Assembly: GCA_036381195.1 (NCBI GenBank)
Contig: DASVDH010000062.1
Location: forward strand, 5,622 to 69,621
DNA: 64,000 bases
Source: Longimicrobiales bacterium
GTDB taxonomy: Bacteria > Gemmatimonadota > Gemmatimonadetes > Longimicrobiales > RSA9
Direction: 5' to 3'
Made by a program: the position numbers and the translations under genes. Below are positions 46,542 through 58,606 of the stretch, in pieces (within the stretch, counting starts at the first letter, position 1; each line of letters starts with the position of its first letter). A model generated the notes under the pieces. It was not told where the DNA came from. It worked only from the letters and a program-made list of their open reading frames with translations, and did not search any database.

Positions 46542-48839
46542 ATGATGCGGAGGGGATCGCACGCTTCCACGCGCAGCCCTGTCCGGCCACAGGACGCGGC
46601 AGGAACGGCGACCCGACCCGGCGCACACGCCGGGGGCACGTGGTTGCTTGTCGAAGAAGGGTTCGACCTCGCCCGGGAGCACGAGGTCGAGTCGCTCCTG
46701 GCGATCTCGAACGGCTATCTCGGCGTGCGGGCTTCCCTCGCCGAGGGCAGCGAGTTCTCGGCGCCGGCGACGTTCGTGGCGGGCATCTTCGGCGTGCACC
46801 CCGGGGAGGGCTCAGCCCCGGAGCTGGTCGCCGGGCCGGACTGCACCCGCCTCCGGCTGGTGGCCGGCGGGGAGGAGATCCGTCTGGAGAGCGGCGAGGC
46901 GCTCGAGCACCGGCGCGTCCTGGATCTGCGCCGCGGCGTGCTGCGGCGCGAGTGGCGGCACCGCACGCCGGCGGGGCGGATCACGCGCATCCGCGAGGTG
47001 CGTCTCGCCTCGTTGAGCGACCGTCACGTGATCCTCCAGATGGTGGAGCTCACGCCGGAGAACTACGGAGCGCAGGTGCTGGTCGAGAGCCGGATCGAGG
47101 CGGCGGTGCCGGTGCCGCCGCTGACCACCCCGCCGCCGGACCTCGTGCCGCTCCGCCTCGCGGCCGGGCCCGTGGCGGATGCTGGGCCGCCGCGGCTCGC
47201 GCTGCGCGCGCAGGGGACGGACGCCGTCATCGCCTTCGCGGTGGCGAGCACGCTGTGGCCCAGGGCTGCGGAGGGGCGCGTGCCGGAGGTGGAAGCGGCG
47301 CCCGGCCGCGTCGCGGAGCGGTGGGAGTTCGCCGCGGAGATGGGCAAGACCTACCGGCTCGTGCGCATGGTGGCGGTACACACGTCGCGCGATGCGGACG
47401 CGCCCGCAGGCGCGGCGGCCGCCCGTGCCGCGCGCCTCGCCGCCGCCGGCGCCGAGCGCATCGTGAGCGCACACGTGGCTGCGTGGAACGAGCGGTGGCG
47501 GGCTGCGGACGTCGAGATCGACGGGGACGACGACGCTCAGCGCGCGTTGCGCTTCGCGTGTTATCACCTGATCGCTGCCGCAGATCCCAGGGATGAACGC
47601 GTCTCGATCGGCGCGCGCCTGCTCACGGGCGGCGTCTACAAGGGGCACGTGTTCTGGGACGTCGAGATCTACATGCTCCCGTTCTACGTGTTCACGCACC
47701 CGCCGGCGGCGCGTGCGCTGCTCATGTACCGCTGGCACACGTTGCCGGCGGCGCGCGAGAAGGCGCGCGCGCTGGGCTGGCGCGGCGCGCTGTACGCGTG
47801 GGAGTCCGCGGCGACGGGCGAGGAGACGACGCCGCCTGCCGTGGTGGCGCCGGATGGCGAGGTGGTGGTGATCCGGAACGGCGAGCAGGAGAACCACATC
47901 AGCGCGGACGTGGCGTACGGCGTGTGGCAGTACTGGCACGCCACGGGCGACGATGGCTTCCTGCTGGATGCCGGCGCGGAGATCCTGATCGAGACCGCGC
48001 GCTTCTGGGTCAGCCGCGTCGAACCGGGCGGGGATGGCCGCTACCACATCCGCCACGTGATCGGCCCGGACGAGTACCACGAGGATGTGGACGACAACGC
48101 CTACACCAACGTGATGGCGCAGTGGAACCTGGAGCGCGCGCTGGAGGTGGTGCGGCTCGTGCGGGAGCGCTGGCCGGAGCGGTGGCGCGAGCTCGAGCGA
48201 CGGCTGGGGGTCGAGCCCGGCGAGCCGGAGTCGTGGGGCGACATCGCCGCGGCGATGTACACGGGCTTCGACCCGGCGACCGGCCTGTTCGAACAGTTTC
48301 GGGGTTATCACGCGCTCGAGGAGGTGGACCTTGCCGCGTACGATCTGCGGTCAGGCCCCGCCGACGTGCTGCTCGGACGGGAGCGGACGCGGCGCAGCAA
48401 GGTGCTCAAGCAGGCGGACGTGGTGCTCCTGATGTACCTGCTGTGGGACCGCTTCACGCCAGAGGTGAGGCAGGCGAACTTCCGGTACTACGAGCCACGT
48501 TGCGCGCACGGCAGCTCGCTCAGCCCTTCGATCCACGCGCTGGTCGCGGCGCGTTTGGGCGAGGTGGAGATCGCGCGGCACTACTTCCGCCAGGCCGCCC
48601 AGATCGACCTCGCGAACAACATGGGCAACGCCGCGGGCGGCGTGCACGGCGCGGCGCTGGGCGGGCTGTGGCAAGCGGCGGTGTTCGGCTTCGCGGGGCT
48701 GCACTTCGGGCAGAACGGCCCGGAGGTCGGGCCACACCTCCCGCCGGGCTGGCGCGGCTTGCGCTTTCCCATCCGGTGGCGTGGGAGATCGATGGAGCTG
48801 CGGGCGAGCGCAGGACCGCAGCAGGAGGTGGAGGCGTGA
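46542..48839 (+). CDS. GH65 disaccharide phosphorylase (trehalose/maltose/kojibiose phosphorylase family)
   Basis: Motifs ESLLAISNGYLGVR, YKGHVFWDVE, GALYAWES, VIGPDEYHE, KQADV and HGSSLS. The start is uncertain (ATG 46542 used). Confidence 0.92.
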   Translation: MMRRGSHASTRSPVRPQDAAGTATRPGAHAGGTWLLVEEGFDLAREHEVESLLAISNGYLGVRASLAEGSEFSAPATFVAGIFGVHPGEGSAPELVAGPDCTRLRLVAGGEEIRLESGEALEHRRVLDLRRGVLRREWRHRTPAGRITRIREVRLASLSDRHVILQMVELTPENYGAQVLVESRIEAAVPVPPLTTPPPDLVPLRLAAGPVADAGPPRLALRAQGTDAVIAFAVASTLWPRAAEGRVPEVEAAPGRVAERWEFAAEMGKTYRLVRMVAVHTSRDADAPAGAAAARAARLAAAGAERIVSAHVAAWNERWRAADVEIDGDDDAQRALRFACYHLIAAADPRDERVSIGARLLTGGVYKGHVFWDVEIYMLPFYVFTHPPAARALLMYRWHTLPAAREKARALGWRGALYAWESAATGEETTPPAVVAPDGEVVVIRNGEQENHISADVAYGVWQYWHATGDDGFLLDAGAEILIETARFWVSRVEPGGDGRYHIRHVIGPDEYHEDVDDNAYTNVMAQWNLERALEVVRLVRERWPERWRELERRLGVEPGEPESWGDIAAAMYTGFDPATGLFEQFRGYHALEEVDLAAYDLRSGPADVLLGRERTRRSKVLKQADVVLLMYLLWDRFTPEVRQANFRYYEPRCAHGSSLSPSIHALVAARLGEVEIARHYFRQAAQIDLANNMGNAAGGVHGAALGGLWQAAVFGFAGLHFGQNGPEVGPHLPPGWRGLRFPIRWRGRSMELRASAGPQQEVEA

Positions 48840-49684
48840 AGCCGGAGACGATCATCGTCCCGCTGGACGGCACCGAACAGGCGCTCGCGGCGCTGCCCGT
48901 GGCCCGGCCCCTGGCGGACGCGCTCGGCGCGACGCTGCACGTGGTGCATGTCGGCGAGCGCGCGCTGCCGTCGCGTACCCTCCTCGGCGAGCTGGGGCTC
49001 GATGCGGAGGACGTGAAGGGGTTCGTCATCGACCAGCGGACGGGGCGCGCGGCCGAGGAGATCCTGGGCTACGCGGCCAGGCAGCGGCGGCCGCTGCTGG
49101 TGATCTGCACGCATACCGACACGGAGAAGCCGCGCGGCACGCTGGGTGGCGTCGCCGAGCACGTGCTGGTCCATGCGCCCTGCGGCGTCGTGCTGGTCGA
49201 GCCGGAGCGCGGGCGCCGGCCGTGGTCTCTACGCCGCATCCTGCTCCCGCACGACGGGACGCCCACGACCGCCGCCGCAATGGATCCGGCCGGCGATCTC
49301 GCCGAGCTGACCGGCGCCGAAGTGCTCGTGCTGCACGTAGCCGCGCCCGGCGCTCCGCCGCCCGTCGAGCCGGGGACGCTCACGGCGCCGCGCTACCTCG
49401 ACCAGCCGCAGCACGAGTGGCCGGCCTGGGCCGCCGAGTTCCTCGGCCGGATGTGTGCGCTGGGACACCCGCCATCCGAGGTGCGGTTCGGGCTCGTGAT
49501 GGCCACGGGCGAGCCGGGCGAGGAGATCGTGCGGGTGGCGCGTGAGTACGAGAGCGACCTCATCGTCCTCGCCTGGCACGGCGTGTGGGAAGCCAGGCAC
49601 GCGCTGACAATGAAGGAAGTCATCCGCGCCGCGCCCTGCCCCGAGCTGGTGGTCCGCGCCCGCCGGGAGGGCGCGCCGGGATGA
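48836..49684 (+). CDS. Tandem universal stress protein (UspA x2)
   Basis: TIIVPLDG..LGGVAEHVLVHAPC and RILLPHDG..SDLIVLA..APCP. GTGA overlap with the GH65 stop. Confidence 0.9.
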   Translation: MKPETIIVPLDGTEQALAALPVARPLADALGATLHVVHVGERALPSRTLLGELGLDAEDVKGFVIDQRTGRAAEEILGYAARQRRPLLVICTHTDTEKPRGTLGGVAEHVLVHAPCGVVLVEPERGRRPWSLRRILLPHDGTPTTAAAMDPAGDLAELTGAEVLVLHVAAPGAPPPVEPGTLTAPRYLDQPQHEWPAWAAEFLGRMCALGHPPSEVRFGLVMATGEPGEEIVRVAREYESDLIVLAWHGVWEARHALTMKEVIRAAPCPELVVRARREGAPG

Positions 49685-49772
49685 TGCGCGCGCCATCCGC
49701 GCCCGGATCCGGCGCACGCGGCGCCGCAGTTGCCGCCGCGCCTGCGCGCCCCGTCGGCCGCATGCAGCCGCG

Positions 49773-50609
49773 ATGAGCGCGAGCGTCGGCCACCCTGGCG
49801 CGGCGGCGGGCCCGGACGACGCGGGCCGGGGCGGCCGCACGGGCCTGGCGGCGGCGGTCTTCGACCTCGACGGCGTGGTCACGCTCACGGCGAGCGTGCA
49901 TCGCGCGGCGTGGAAGGAGGTCTTCGACGCGTACCTGCGCGCGCGCGCCGCGAGGAGCGGCGAGCCGTTCCGGCCGTTCACCGACGTGGATTATGCCGCG
50001 TACGTGGACGGCCGGCCGCGGCGGGAGGGCATCCGGGCCTTCCTCGCCTCCCGCGGCATCACGCTGCCCGAGGGCAGCCCGTCCGACCCGGCCGGCGCGG
50101 AAACCGTGCACGGGCTCGCCGGGCGCAAGAACCGCATCTTCCGCGAGCGGCTGCGCACGATGGGCGTGATGGTTGACCGCGAGGCCGTGCGCTTCGCGCG
50201 CGAGTTGCGCGCGGCCGGCGTGCGCGTGGGCATGGCATCCTCGAGCCGGAACGCGGCGCGCATCCTGGAGGCCGCGGGGCTCGAGGACCTGTTCGATGCG
50301 CGCGTGGACGGGGCGCTGAGCGACGAGCTCGGGCTCCGCGGCAAGCCGGAGCCGGACATCTTCCTCGAGTGCCTGCGCCGGCTCGGCGCGCCGGACCCCG
50401 GCCGCGCGTTGCTCGTCGAGGACTCGGTCGCCGGCGTGGAAGCCGGGCGCCGCGGCGGGTTCGCGCTCGTGATCGGCGTGGACCGCGGCAGCAATGCGGC
50501 CGCGCTGCGCGCACACGGCGCCCACCTGGTCGTGCGCGATCTCCGCGGGTTGACCGCCCCCGACGTGCTGGAAGGAGCGCGCGCCCGCACGCAAGGGGAG
50601 GGGCGGTGA
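49773..50609 (+). CDS. HAD-superfamily beta-phosphoglucomutase-like hydrolase
   Basis: Motifs FDLDGV, SSSRN, GKPEPDIF, VEDSVAGV and VIGVDR. Confidence 0.9.
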   Translation: MSASVGHPGAAAGPDDAGRGGRTGLAAAVFDLDGVVTLTASVHRAAWKEVFDAYLRARAARSGEPFRPFTDVDYAAYVDGRPRREGIRAFLASRGITLPEGSPSDPAGAETVHGLAGRKNRIFRERLRTMGVMVDREAVRFARELRAAGVRVGMASSSRNAARILEAAGLEDLFDARVDGALSDELGLRGKPEPDIFLECLRRLGAPDPGRALLVEDSVAGVEAGRRGGFALVIGVDRGSNAAALRAHGAHLVVRDLRGLTAPDVLEGARARTQGEGR

Positions 50610-51028
50610 GCTCGGCTGCTTCGGCCGGCATCGCCATTCGCGCGCGGACCACCCATACAGCCTACCTGGACTACGCCGGCCGGCTGGCCTACGCCCGGCG
50701 CGGCCGCCTCTCCGCTCCCAGCACCGCCCCGCCGAAGCTCCTGTCCTGACCCCAGGACCCCGCACGACACCGTAGCTGCGGGCGCGCCGCGAACGCCGCG
50801 GCAGCCGGTGCGCCTCGCCCGGCGCACGCAGGGCCGCGCGGCCGTGGGCCCGCTTTCCGGAGCGGCCGACGCGCTGGTCTCCGACCTGCAGGGGCCGTGG
50901 CCCCCACGTGTGCGGGGATACGCGTTTCGCGCCGTGCGCTGTACCCGGCGCTCGCGCCGTCGCCGCGAAGCACACTCGATGACGTGAGGCCCGCAGAGCA
51001 TCCGGGCCCCTTCGAACACAGAGGTGGC

Positions 51029-53424
<2,396 letters not shown>

Positions 53425-53428
<4 letters not shown>

Positions 53429-53512
53429 CGGCAGGCGCCGCCTGCGCGCTGGCCGGCCTGTGCTACGCCGAGTTCTCGAGCATGATCCCCGTGGCCGGGA
53501 GCGCGTTACGCG
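53425..53512 (+). pseudogene. Short remnant of an APC-family amino-acid permease
   Basis: Translates as AGAACALAGLCYAEFSSMIPVAGSA, the conserved CYAE...P.AGSAY motif. The expected Y follows in a shifted frame and there is no other permease sequence. Confidence 0.6.
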
Positions 53513-53755
53513 CAGCGGGCGGCGGCTCGCCCGGCCGCGCTCTCGCCGCCACACACACCCCACGGCCCCGGCGCACAGGCCGGCTGCTCCGCCCACGCCG
53601 CCGCCGGCCTGCCATGGCGCCCATCCCCCTTCTGGCGGATCCCGCCAAGTCGCCCGGACGGCAGCGGTGCACGGATTGCACCGACGGCCCCCTGGAGCGG
53701 CTCCGCCCGGACGGGCGGGTCATCCGGCCACGATCACGGTACCCGGAGGGTCTGC

Positions 53756-54241
53756 ATGAGAGGCATCGCGTTCCGGCTGGCATACCTCCCGTCGCTCGGC
53801 GTGGCGCTCGGCCTCCTCGCCGGCTGCGCCAGCACACCCGAGCAGGACATGGTTGTGCTCCCGGCCCCGCCGCCCGGCGGCACCTACATCGAGGACATCC
53901 ACGATACCACGGTGGAAAACGATGACTTCCGTCGCGTGGTGGCCACGGGCCGTCACGCGCAACTGGTGCTCATGACCCTGCGCCCGGGCGAAGACATCGG
54001 CATGGAGACGCACGCGAACGTCGACCAGTTCATCCGGGTCGAACGGGGCGAGGGGCGCGCCATCCTCAACGGCCAGGCCTATCCCCTCCACGACGGCACC
54101 GTGCTCATGGTCCCCGCGGGCACCTCACACAACATCATCAACACCGGCGGCTCCCGGCTGCACATGTACATCGTGTACAGCCCGCCGGAGCATCCGCACG
54201 GCACGGTGCACCGCACGAGGGCGGAAGGCGCGCACCGCTGA
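53756..54241 (+). CDS. Cupin-2 domain protein with lipoprotein signal
   Basis: Motifs ETHANVDQFIRVERG and VPAGTSHNIIN, with lipobox LLAGC. Confidence 0.85.
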   Translation: MRGIAFRLAYLPSLGVALGLLAGCASTPEQDMVVLPAPPPGGTYIEDIHDTTVENDDFRRVVATGRHAQLVLMTLRPGEDIGMETHANVDQFIRVERGEGRAILNGQAYPLHDGTVLMVPAGTSHNIINTGGSRLHMYIVYSPPEHPHGTVHRTRAEGAHR

Positions 54242-54461
54242 ATGACGCGGGTGCACGACGAGGGGCGCGTGAGGAGCCCGTCGCGCGGTTACAGCGCGTG
54301 CGGGTGAGGAGAATGCAGCGCGCCCGGCGGCCTGCTGCGCGGGATCGCGCGCACGCCGCCGGGCGCCGTCTGCCCGACCCAGGATCGCCTGAGCGACCGG
54401 GAGTCCCTCGCGTGTGAGGACGGCACGGACACGCGCGCGCGGCGCGCGCCGCCCGGCCGCC

Positions 54462-55037
54462 TCACTCCTTCACATCATCGGGGAGCTCCTCCGGCGGGCC
54501 GATCGTCGCGGCCTCGGGGCCGAACCGCTGGGCGTAGAGCCGGTTCAGCGGCTTCCAGCGCTCCATCGGCGCCGCGATCGGCTCCGCACCGGCCAGGTGC
54601 CGCTCGAGCTGGTCGAAGCAGACGTGCCACCCCGCCGCATCGCGCGCAGACTTGCCCACCTCGTCGTACGTCGTGGTGAAGACGAGCGTGCAGCCGCCGG
54701 CCTCCGGCACCAACTCGAAGCGGCAGCGCTCCGCCGGCCTGGTGCCATCTGCCGAGCCGCCCCACGTGAACTCCAGCAGCCGCGGCGGCTCGCACGCGAT
54801 CACCTCGCCGATCTCCGCCGGCAGGTCGGAGCCCCGGTAGCGGAACTCCAGCGGCGCACCGGGCCGCAGCTCCCCCTCGATCGTCGTGGGGAACCACGCG
54901 GCCAGGTGCTGCTCCTCCGTCAACGCCTGCCACACCTTCTCCGGCGGGTGCGCCAGCCGCCGCACGAAGCGCAATCGCCACTGCCCGCCGACCTGCTCCA
55001 GCGTCCCCTCTGCCGGGTCCCTCCCCAGCCCGCTCAT
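54462..55037 (-). CDS. SRPBCC/AHSA1-family protein
   Basis: LRFVRRLAHPPEKVWQALT..LAAWFP, EPPRLLEFTW and AAGWHVCFDQL. ATGA-coupled to ArsR. Confidence 0.9.
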   Translation of the reverse strand: MSGLGRDPAEGTLEQVGGQWRLRFVRRLAHPPEKVWQALTEEQHLAAWFPTTIEGELRPGAPLEFRYRGSDLPAEIGEVIACEPPRLLEFTWGGSADGTRPAERCRFELVPEAGGCTLVFTTTYDEVGKSARDAAGWHVCFDQLERHLAGAEPIAAPMERWKPLNRLYAQRFGPEAATIGPPEELPDDVKE

Positions 55038-55342
55038 TCGTCCTCCAACTCGTCGAGGTGGTCCTCCAGCGCGTCCAGCCGGCCCGACCAGAGCAGCCGG
55101 TAGGGCTCGAGCCACGCGTCCAGCTCTCGCAAGGACTCCGGGCGCAGCCGGTACAGCCGGCGCTGCGCATCGACGCGCGCCTCCACCAGCCCCGCCTCCC
55201 GCAGCACGCGGAGGTGCCGCGAGACCGCCGGCTGACTCGCACCGAGCGCCCGGACGAGCTCGCCCACGGAGTGCTCGCCCGTACGCAGCAGGTCGAGGAT
55301 CCGCCTGCGATTCGGCTCGGCCAGAGTCTCGAAGAGTGACAT
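55034..55342 (-). CDS. ArsR/SmtB-family transcriptional regulator
   Basis: FETLAEPNRRRILDLL...SQPAVSRHLRVLREAGLV...QRRLYRL. Confidence 0.93.
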   Translation of the reverse strand: MSLFETLAEPNRRRILDLLRTGEHSVGELVRALGASQPAVSRHLRVLREAGLVEARVDAQRRLYRLRPESLRELDAWLEPYRLLWSGRLDALEDHLDELEDE

Positions 55343-55348
55343 GGCGCG

Positions 55349-55378
55349 TATATTATCGTCGCGTTATATAATGCGCAA
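55349..55378 (-). promoter_or_regulatory. Leaderless promoter (TTGCGC-N17-TAATAT) with AT-rich inverted repeat, the likely ArsR operator
   Basis: The -10 is 7 nt upstream of the ATG and there is no SD. A TATAT...ATATA inverted repeat at 55349-55370 overlaps the promoter. Confidence 0.6.
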
Positions 55379-55649
55379 GGAATTCATAGGCGGGAGCGGA
55401 AGGCGCTCCACCTCCCCGGCGAGTGAGCTGCTCCTGCAGCGGCGGGGGGTGGCTGCTTGCGGCGAGGTCATGCCCCGGGTCATGATGTCGGGGCTGAGCG
55501 CGCCGCTGTCCGAGCGCTGGCCGACGCAGACGACCCGCTCGGGCTCCGGGACCGCCGCGGGCGGAGGTCGAGCGTCCGCGGCGAAGCCGGCCGCGCAGGC
55601 CGGCCCTCGTTTTTCCACGGCGATCGGGCGGCGTGGGCCTCCCCCGGGC

Positions 55650-55676
55650 GGAAACCCTTTCGCCCGGCGGCGCGTA
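55650..55676 (+). promoter_or_regulatory. Possible ECF-sigma promoter GGAAAC-N17-CGTA
   Basis: Matches the SigW/SigM-like GAAAC/CGTA consensus, about 65 bp upstream of the DUF305 ATG. Confidence 0.45.
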
Positions 55677-55740
55677 TCACGTATCGTTCGTGACGAACGC
55701 CACGAGAGCGAGCCGTTTCCACTCGGAGCCCCGAAGAGGA

Positions 55741-56442
55741 ATGACGAGAGAATCACGCCTGGTCGGGCCGCGCGCGGCGGTGCTGGCGTTGGCGGTGGTG
55801 GCGGCGGCGTGTGCGGGGGGCGCCCGGCCGGAGCCCGAGGGTCCGCGGCCGGCCGGCAGCCCGGCGGCCGAGACAGCCGACCTCGAGGCGCTGTTCCGCG
55901 CGCGGCGGGACAGCGCCCGGATGCGCTACACGCCGGCGGACGTCCGTTTCATGACTGGCATGATCGCGCACCACGCGCAGGCGCTGGTGATGGCGGGGCT
56001 CGTCCCGGAGCGGTCCTCCAACTCGAGCATCCGGACGCTCGCCGCTCGCATCATCAACGCGCAGAAGGACGAGATCGCGCGGATGCAGCAGTGGCTCCGC
56101 GGGCGCGGGCAGCCGGTGCCGGAGGTGCACATCGAGGGGACGACGATGATGGTGCACGGCGCAGAGCACGCCATGCACATGCCCGGGATGCTCACGCCCG
56201 AGCAGTTGCGCGAGCTCGAGGCGGCGCGCGGAGTGGAGTTCGACCGGCTCTTCCTGAAGTACATGATCCAGCACCATCGCGGTGCCATCAGCATGGTGCG
56301 CGAGCTGTTCGCCACGGATGGCGCGGCGCAGGACGAGGATGCGTTCAGACTCGCCTCCGACATCCGGGTGGACCAGGATACCGAGATCGCCCGCATGGAG
56401 CTCATGCTGGCCGCGTTGCCCGTCGAGGACGGCGCTCCCTGA
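55741..56442 (+). CDS. DUF305 (ferritin-like, CopM-like) lipoprotein
   Basis: Lipobox AAAC, ADVRFMTGMIAHHAQA, MPGMLT and FDRLFLKYMIQHHRGA. Confidence 0.9.
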   Translation: MTRESRLVGPRAAVLALAVVAAACAGGARPEPEGPRPAGSPAAETADLEALFRARRDSARMRYTPADVRFMTGMIAHHAQALVMAGLVPERSSNSSIRTLAARIINAQKDEIARMQQWLRGRGQPVPEVHIEGTTMMVHGAEHAMHMPGMLTPEQLRELEAARGVEFDRLFLKYMIQHHRGAISMVRELFATDGAAQDEDAFRLASDIRVDQDTEIARMELMLAALPVEDGAP

Positions 56443-56499
56443 GGACTCGAGCCCGGTCGGCTCCCGGCCGGATCCTGCACCAGAGAAAAGGACTCTGCC

Positions 56500-58545
56500 A
56501 TGAAATCCTTCGCTCTTCCCGGCCTTTCCCCTGCCTGGCGAGCGGTCCGCGTTCGCTCGCTGCCGCTCGCGGCCGGGCTACTCGCCGCCGCCGCTTGCGC
56601 GCCCTCGACCACGACAACGGGCGCGGGCGAGCCCGAGCCGCCGGCCGGCCGCGCGGCGCAGACGACGACGCCGGCCACGACGCCGCGCAGCTCGGATCCG
56701 CGTGTCGGCCTGGAGGCTGGCCTGTTCGACGCCGAGGAGGCGGTCTGGAACCTGCGAGTGGTCTCGAAGACGCCGCCGCCGCCGGAGTTCGTCGGCGTGA
56801 CGAACTCGGACCTGGCGTTCACGGGCAACTACGTGATCCAGGGCAACTACAACGGGTTCCAGGTCTGGGACATCTCGAACCCGGCGAAGCCGGTGCTGGT
56901 GAAGGGGTACGTCTGCCCTGCGTCGCAGAGCGACGTCTCGGTCTACAAGAACCTGCTGTTCGTCTCGGGCGAGGGGCTGGGCGGCCGGCTGGATTGCGGG
57001 ACGCAGGGCGTGCCAGAGGCGGTCAGCCCTGACCGGCTGCGCGGCATCCGGATCTTCGACATCTCGGATATCCGGAACCCGAAGTACGTCGCCAACGTGC
57101 AGACCTGTCGCGGCTCGCACACGCACACGGTGCTGGAGCACCCGGGCGACACGGCGAACGTCTACATCTACGTCTCCGGCTCCGCGCCGGTGCGGCCGGC
57201 GGAGGAGCTGCCCGGCTGCGTGAGCGCGCCGCCCAGCGAGGACCCGAACTCGGCGCTGTTCCGGATCGAGGTGATCCGGGTCCCGCTCGCGGATCCGTCC
57301 AAGGCGGCGATCGTGAGCTCGCCGCGCATCTTCGAGGGCCTCGTCGAACCGCCGCGCCACGGCTTGGGGCCGGCGGACCGCGCGGAGATCGCGGCCGCGA
57401 AGGCGCGCGGCGCGTACGTCGTGGAGATCATGGGTGAGGAGCGGGTGCTGCCCGACCGGATCGTGGACAACCTGCTGCGGCAGATGGTCGCGGCACGGGG
57501 TGGCACGGGCGCGCCGACCGCGGCGGACAGCGCGGCCCTGCGCGAGCGCCTGCCGGGGCTCGTCGCGCAGATGACCCGCCAGCGCGAGCCCGAAGATCCG
57601 AACAAGCCGCGCCCTGGCCCGACGCAGTGCCACGACATCACCGTCTACCCGGCGATCGGCCTCGCGGGCGGCGCCTGCGAGGGCTACGGTCTCCTGCTCG
57701 ACATCAGCGACCCGGTCAACCCGAAGCGCATCGCCGCGGTCGCCGACTCGAACTTCTCCTACTGGCACTCGGCCACGTTCAGCAACGACGGCACCAAGCT
57801 GCTCTTCAGCGACGAGTGGGGCGGCGGCGGCGGGCCGAAGTGCCGCGAGCTGGATCCCAAGGAATGGGGCGCGGATGCGATCTTCACGATCGAGAACCGC
57901 GACCTGGAGTTCCAGAGCTATTACAAGATGCCGGCGCCCCAGACCTCGCAGGAGAACTGCGTGGCGCACAACGGCTCGCTGATCCCGATCCCGGGCCGCG
58001 ACGTGATGGTGCAGGCCTGGTACCAGGGTGGGATCTCCGTCTTCGACTGGACGGACCCGGAGAACCCCGTCGAGATCGCGTTCTTCGACCGCGGGCCGGT
58101 GAACGCGGAGGAGCTGGAGAGCGGCGGGTCGTGGTCGGTCTACTGGTACAACGGCTACATCTACAGCTCGGAGATCGCGCGCGGGCTGGACGTGTTCGAG
58201 CTCGTGCCCAGCGAGTTCCTCTCGCAGAACGAGATCGACGCCTCGAAGACGGTGAAGCTCGAGTACTTCAACGTGCAGGGCCAGCCCAGGTTCGTCTGGC
58301 CGCCCTCGTTCGCGCTGGCGCGCGCCTACGTGGACCAGCTCGAGCGCTCGAAGGGGCTGTCCGCGGACCGGATCGCCGCGGTGCGGCGCGAGCTGGCGAG
58401 CGCGGAAGCGAGCTCCGGCGCGGCGCGCCGCGATGCGCTCACGCGGCTGGCCACGCAGCTCGATGCGGAGGCCGGCGCCTCCAGCGATGCGGCGAAGGTC
58501 CGCATGCTGGCGGACGCCGTGCGGGACCTGGCGGCCGCGTCCTGA
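56500..58545 (+). CDS. LVIVD-repeat beta-propeller lipoprotein
   Basis: Lipobox AAAC, NSDLAF, WDISNP repeats, GSHTHT, CHDIT, YWHSA, CVAHNG and QAWYQGG. Confidence 0.88.
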   Translation: MKSFALPGLSPAWRAVRVRSLPLAAGLLAAAACAPSTTTTGAGEPEPPAGRAAQTTTPATTPRSSDPRVGLEAGLFDAEEAVWNLRVVSKTPPPPEFVGVTNSDLAFTGNYVIQGNYNGFQVWDISNPAKPVLVKGYVCPASQSDVSVYKNLLFVSGEGLGGRLDCGTQGVPEAVSPDRLRGIRIFDISDIRNPKYVANVQTCRGSHTHTVLEHPGDTANVYIYVSGSAPVRPAEELPGCVSAPPSEDPNSALFRIEVIRVPLADPSKAAIVSSPRIFEGLVEPPRHGLGPADRAEIAAAKARGAYVVEIMGEERVLPDRIVDNLLRQMVAARGGTGAPTAADSAALRERLPGLVAQMTRQREPEDPNKPRPGPTQCHDITVYPAIGLAGGACEGYGLLLDISDPVNPKRIAAVADSNFSYWHSATFSNDGTKLLFSDEWGGGGGPKCRELDPKEWGADAIFTIENRDLEFQSYYKMPAPQTSQENCVAHNGSLIPIPGRDVMVQAWYQGGISVFDWTDPENPVEIAFFDRGPVNAEELESGGSWSVYWYNGYIYSSEIARGLDVFELVPSEFLSQNEIDASKTVKLEYFNVQGQPRFVWPPSFALARAYVDQLERSKGLSADRIAAVRRELASAEASSGAARRDALTRLATQLDAEAGASSDAAKVRMLADAVRDLAAAS

Positions 58546-58565
58546 CGCGGCGCCCCGCGCGATGG

Positions 58566-58606
58566 CGGCCGGGCCGGCAACCTCGCCGGCCCGGCCGTTT
58601 TGCTTT
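58566..58606 (+). terminator. Rho-independent terminator
   Basis: CGGCCGGGCCGGC-AACCTC-GCCGGCCCGGCCG followed by TTTTGCTTT. Confidence 0.8.

Noticed and set aside
55364..55600. Minus-strand ORF segment VPEPERVVCVGQ resembling an ADOP permease N-terminus
   Set aside because: The match is too short to support, there is no RBS, and the ORF overlaps promoter and terminator-like elements.
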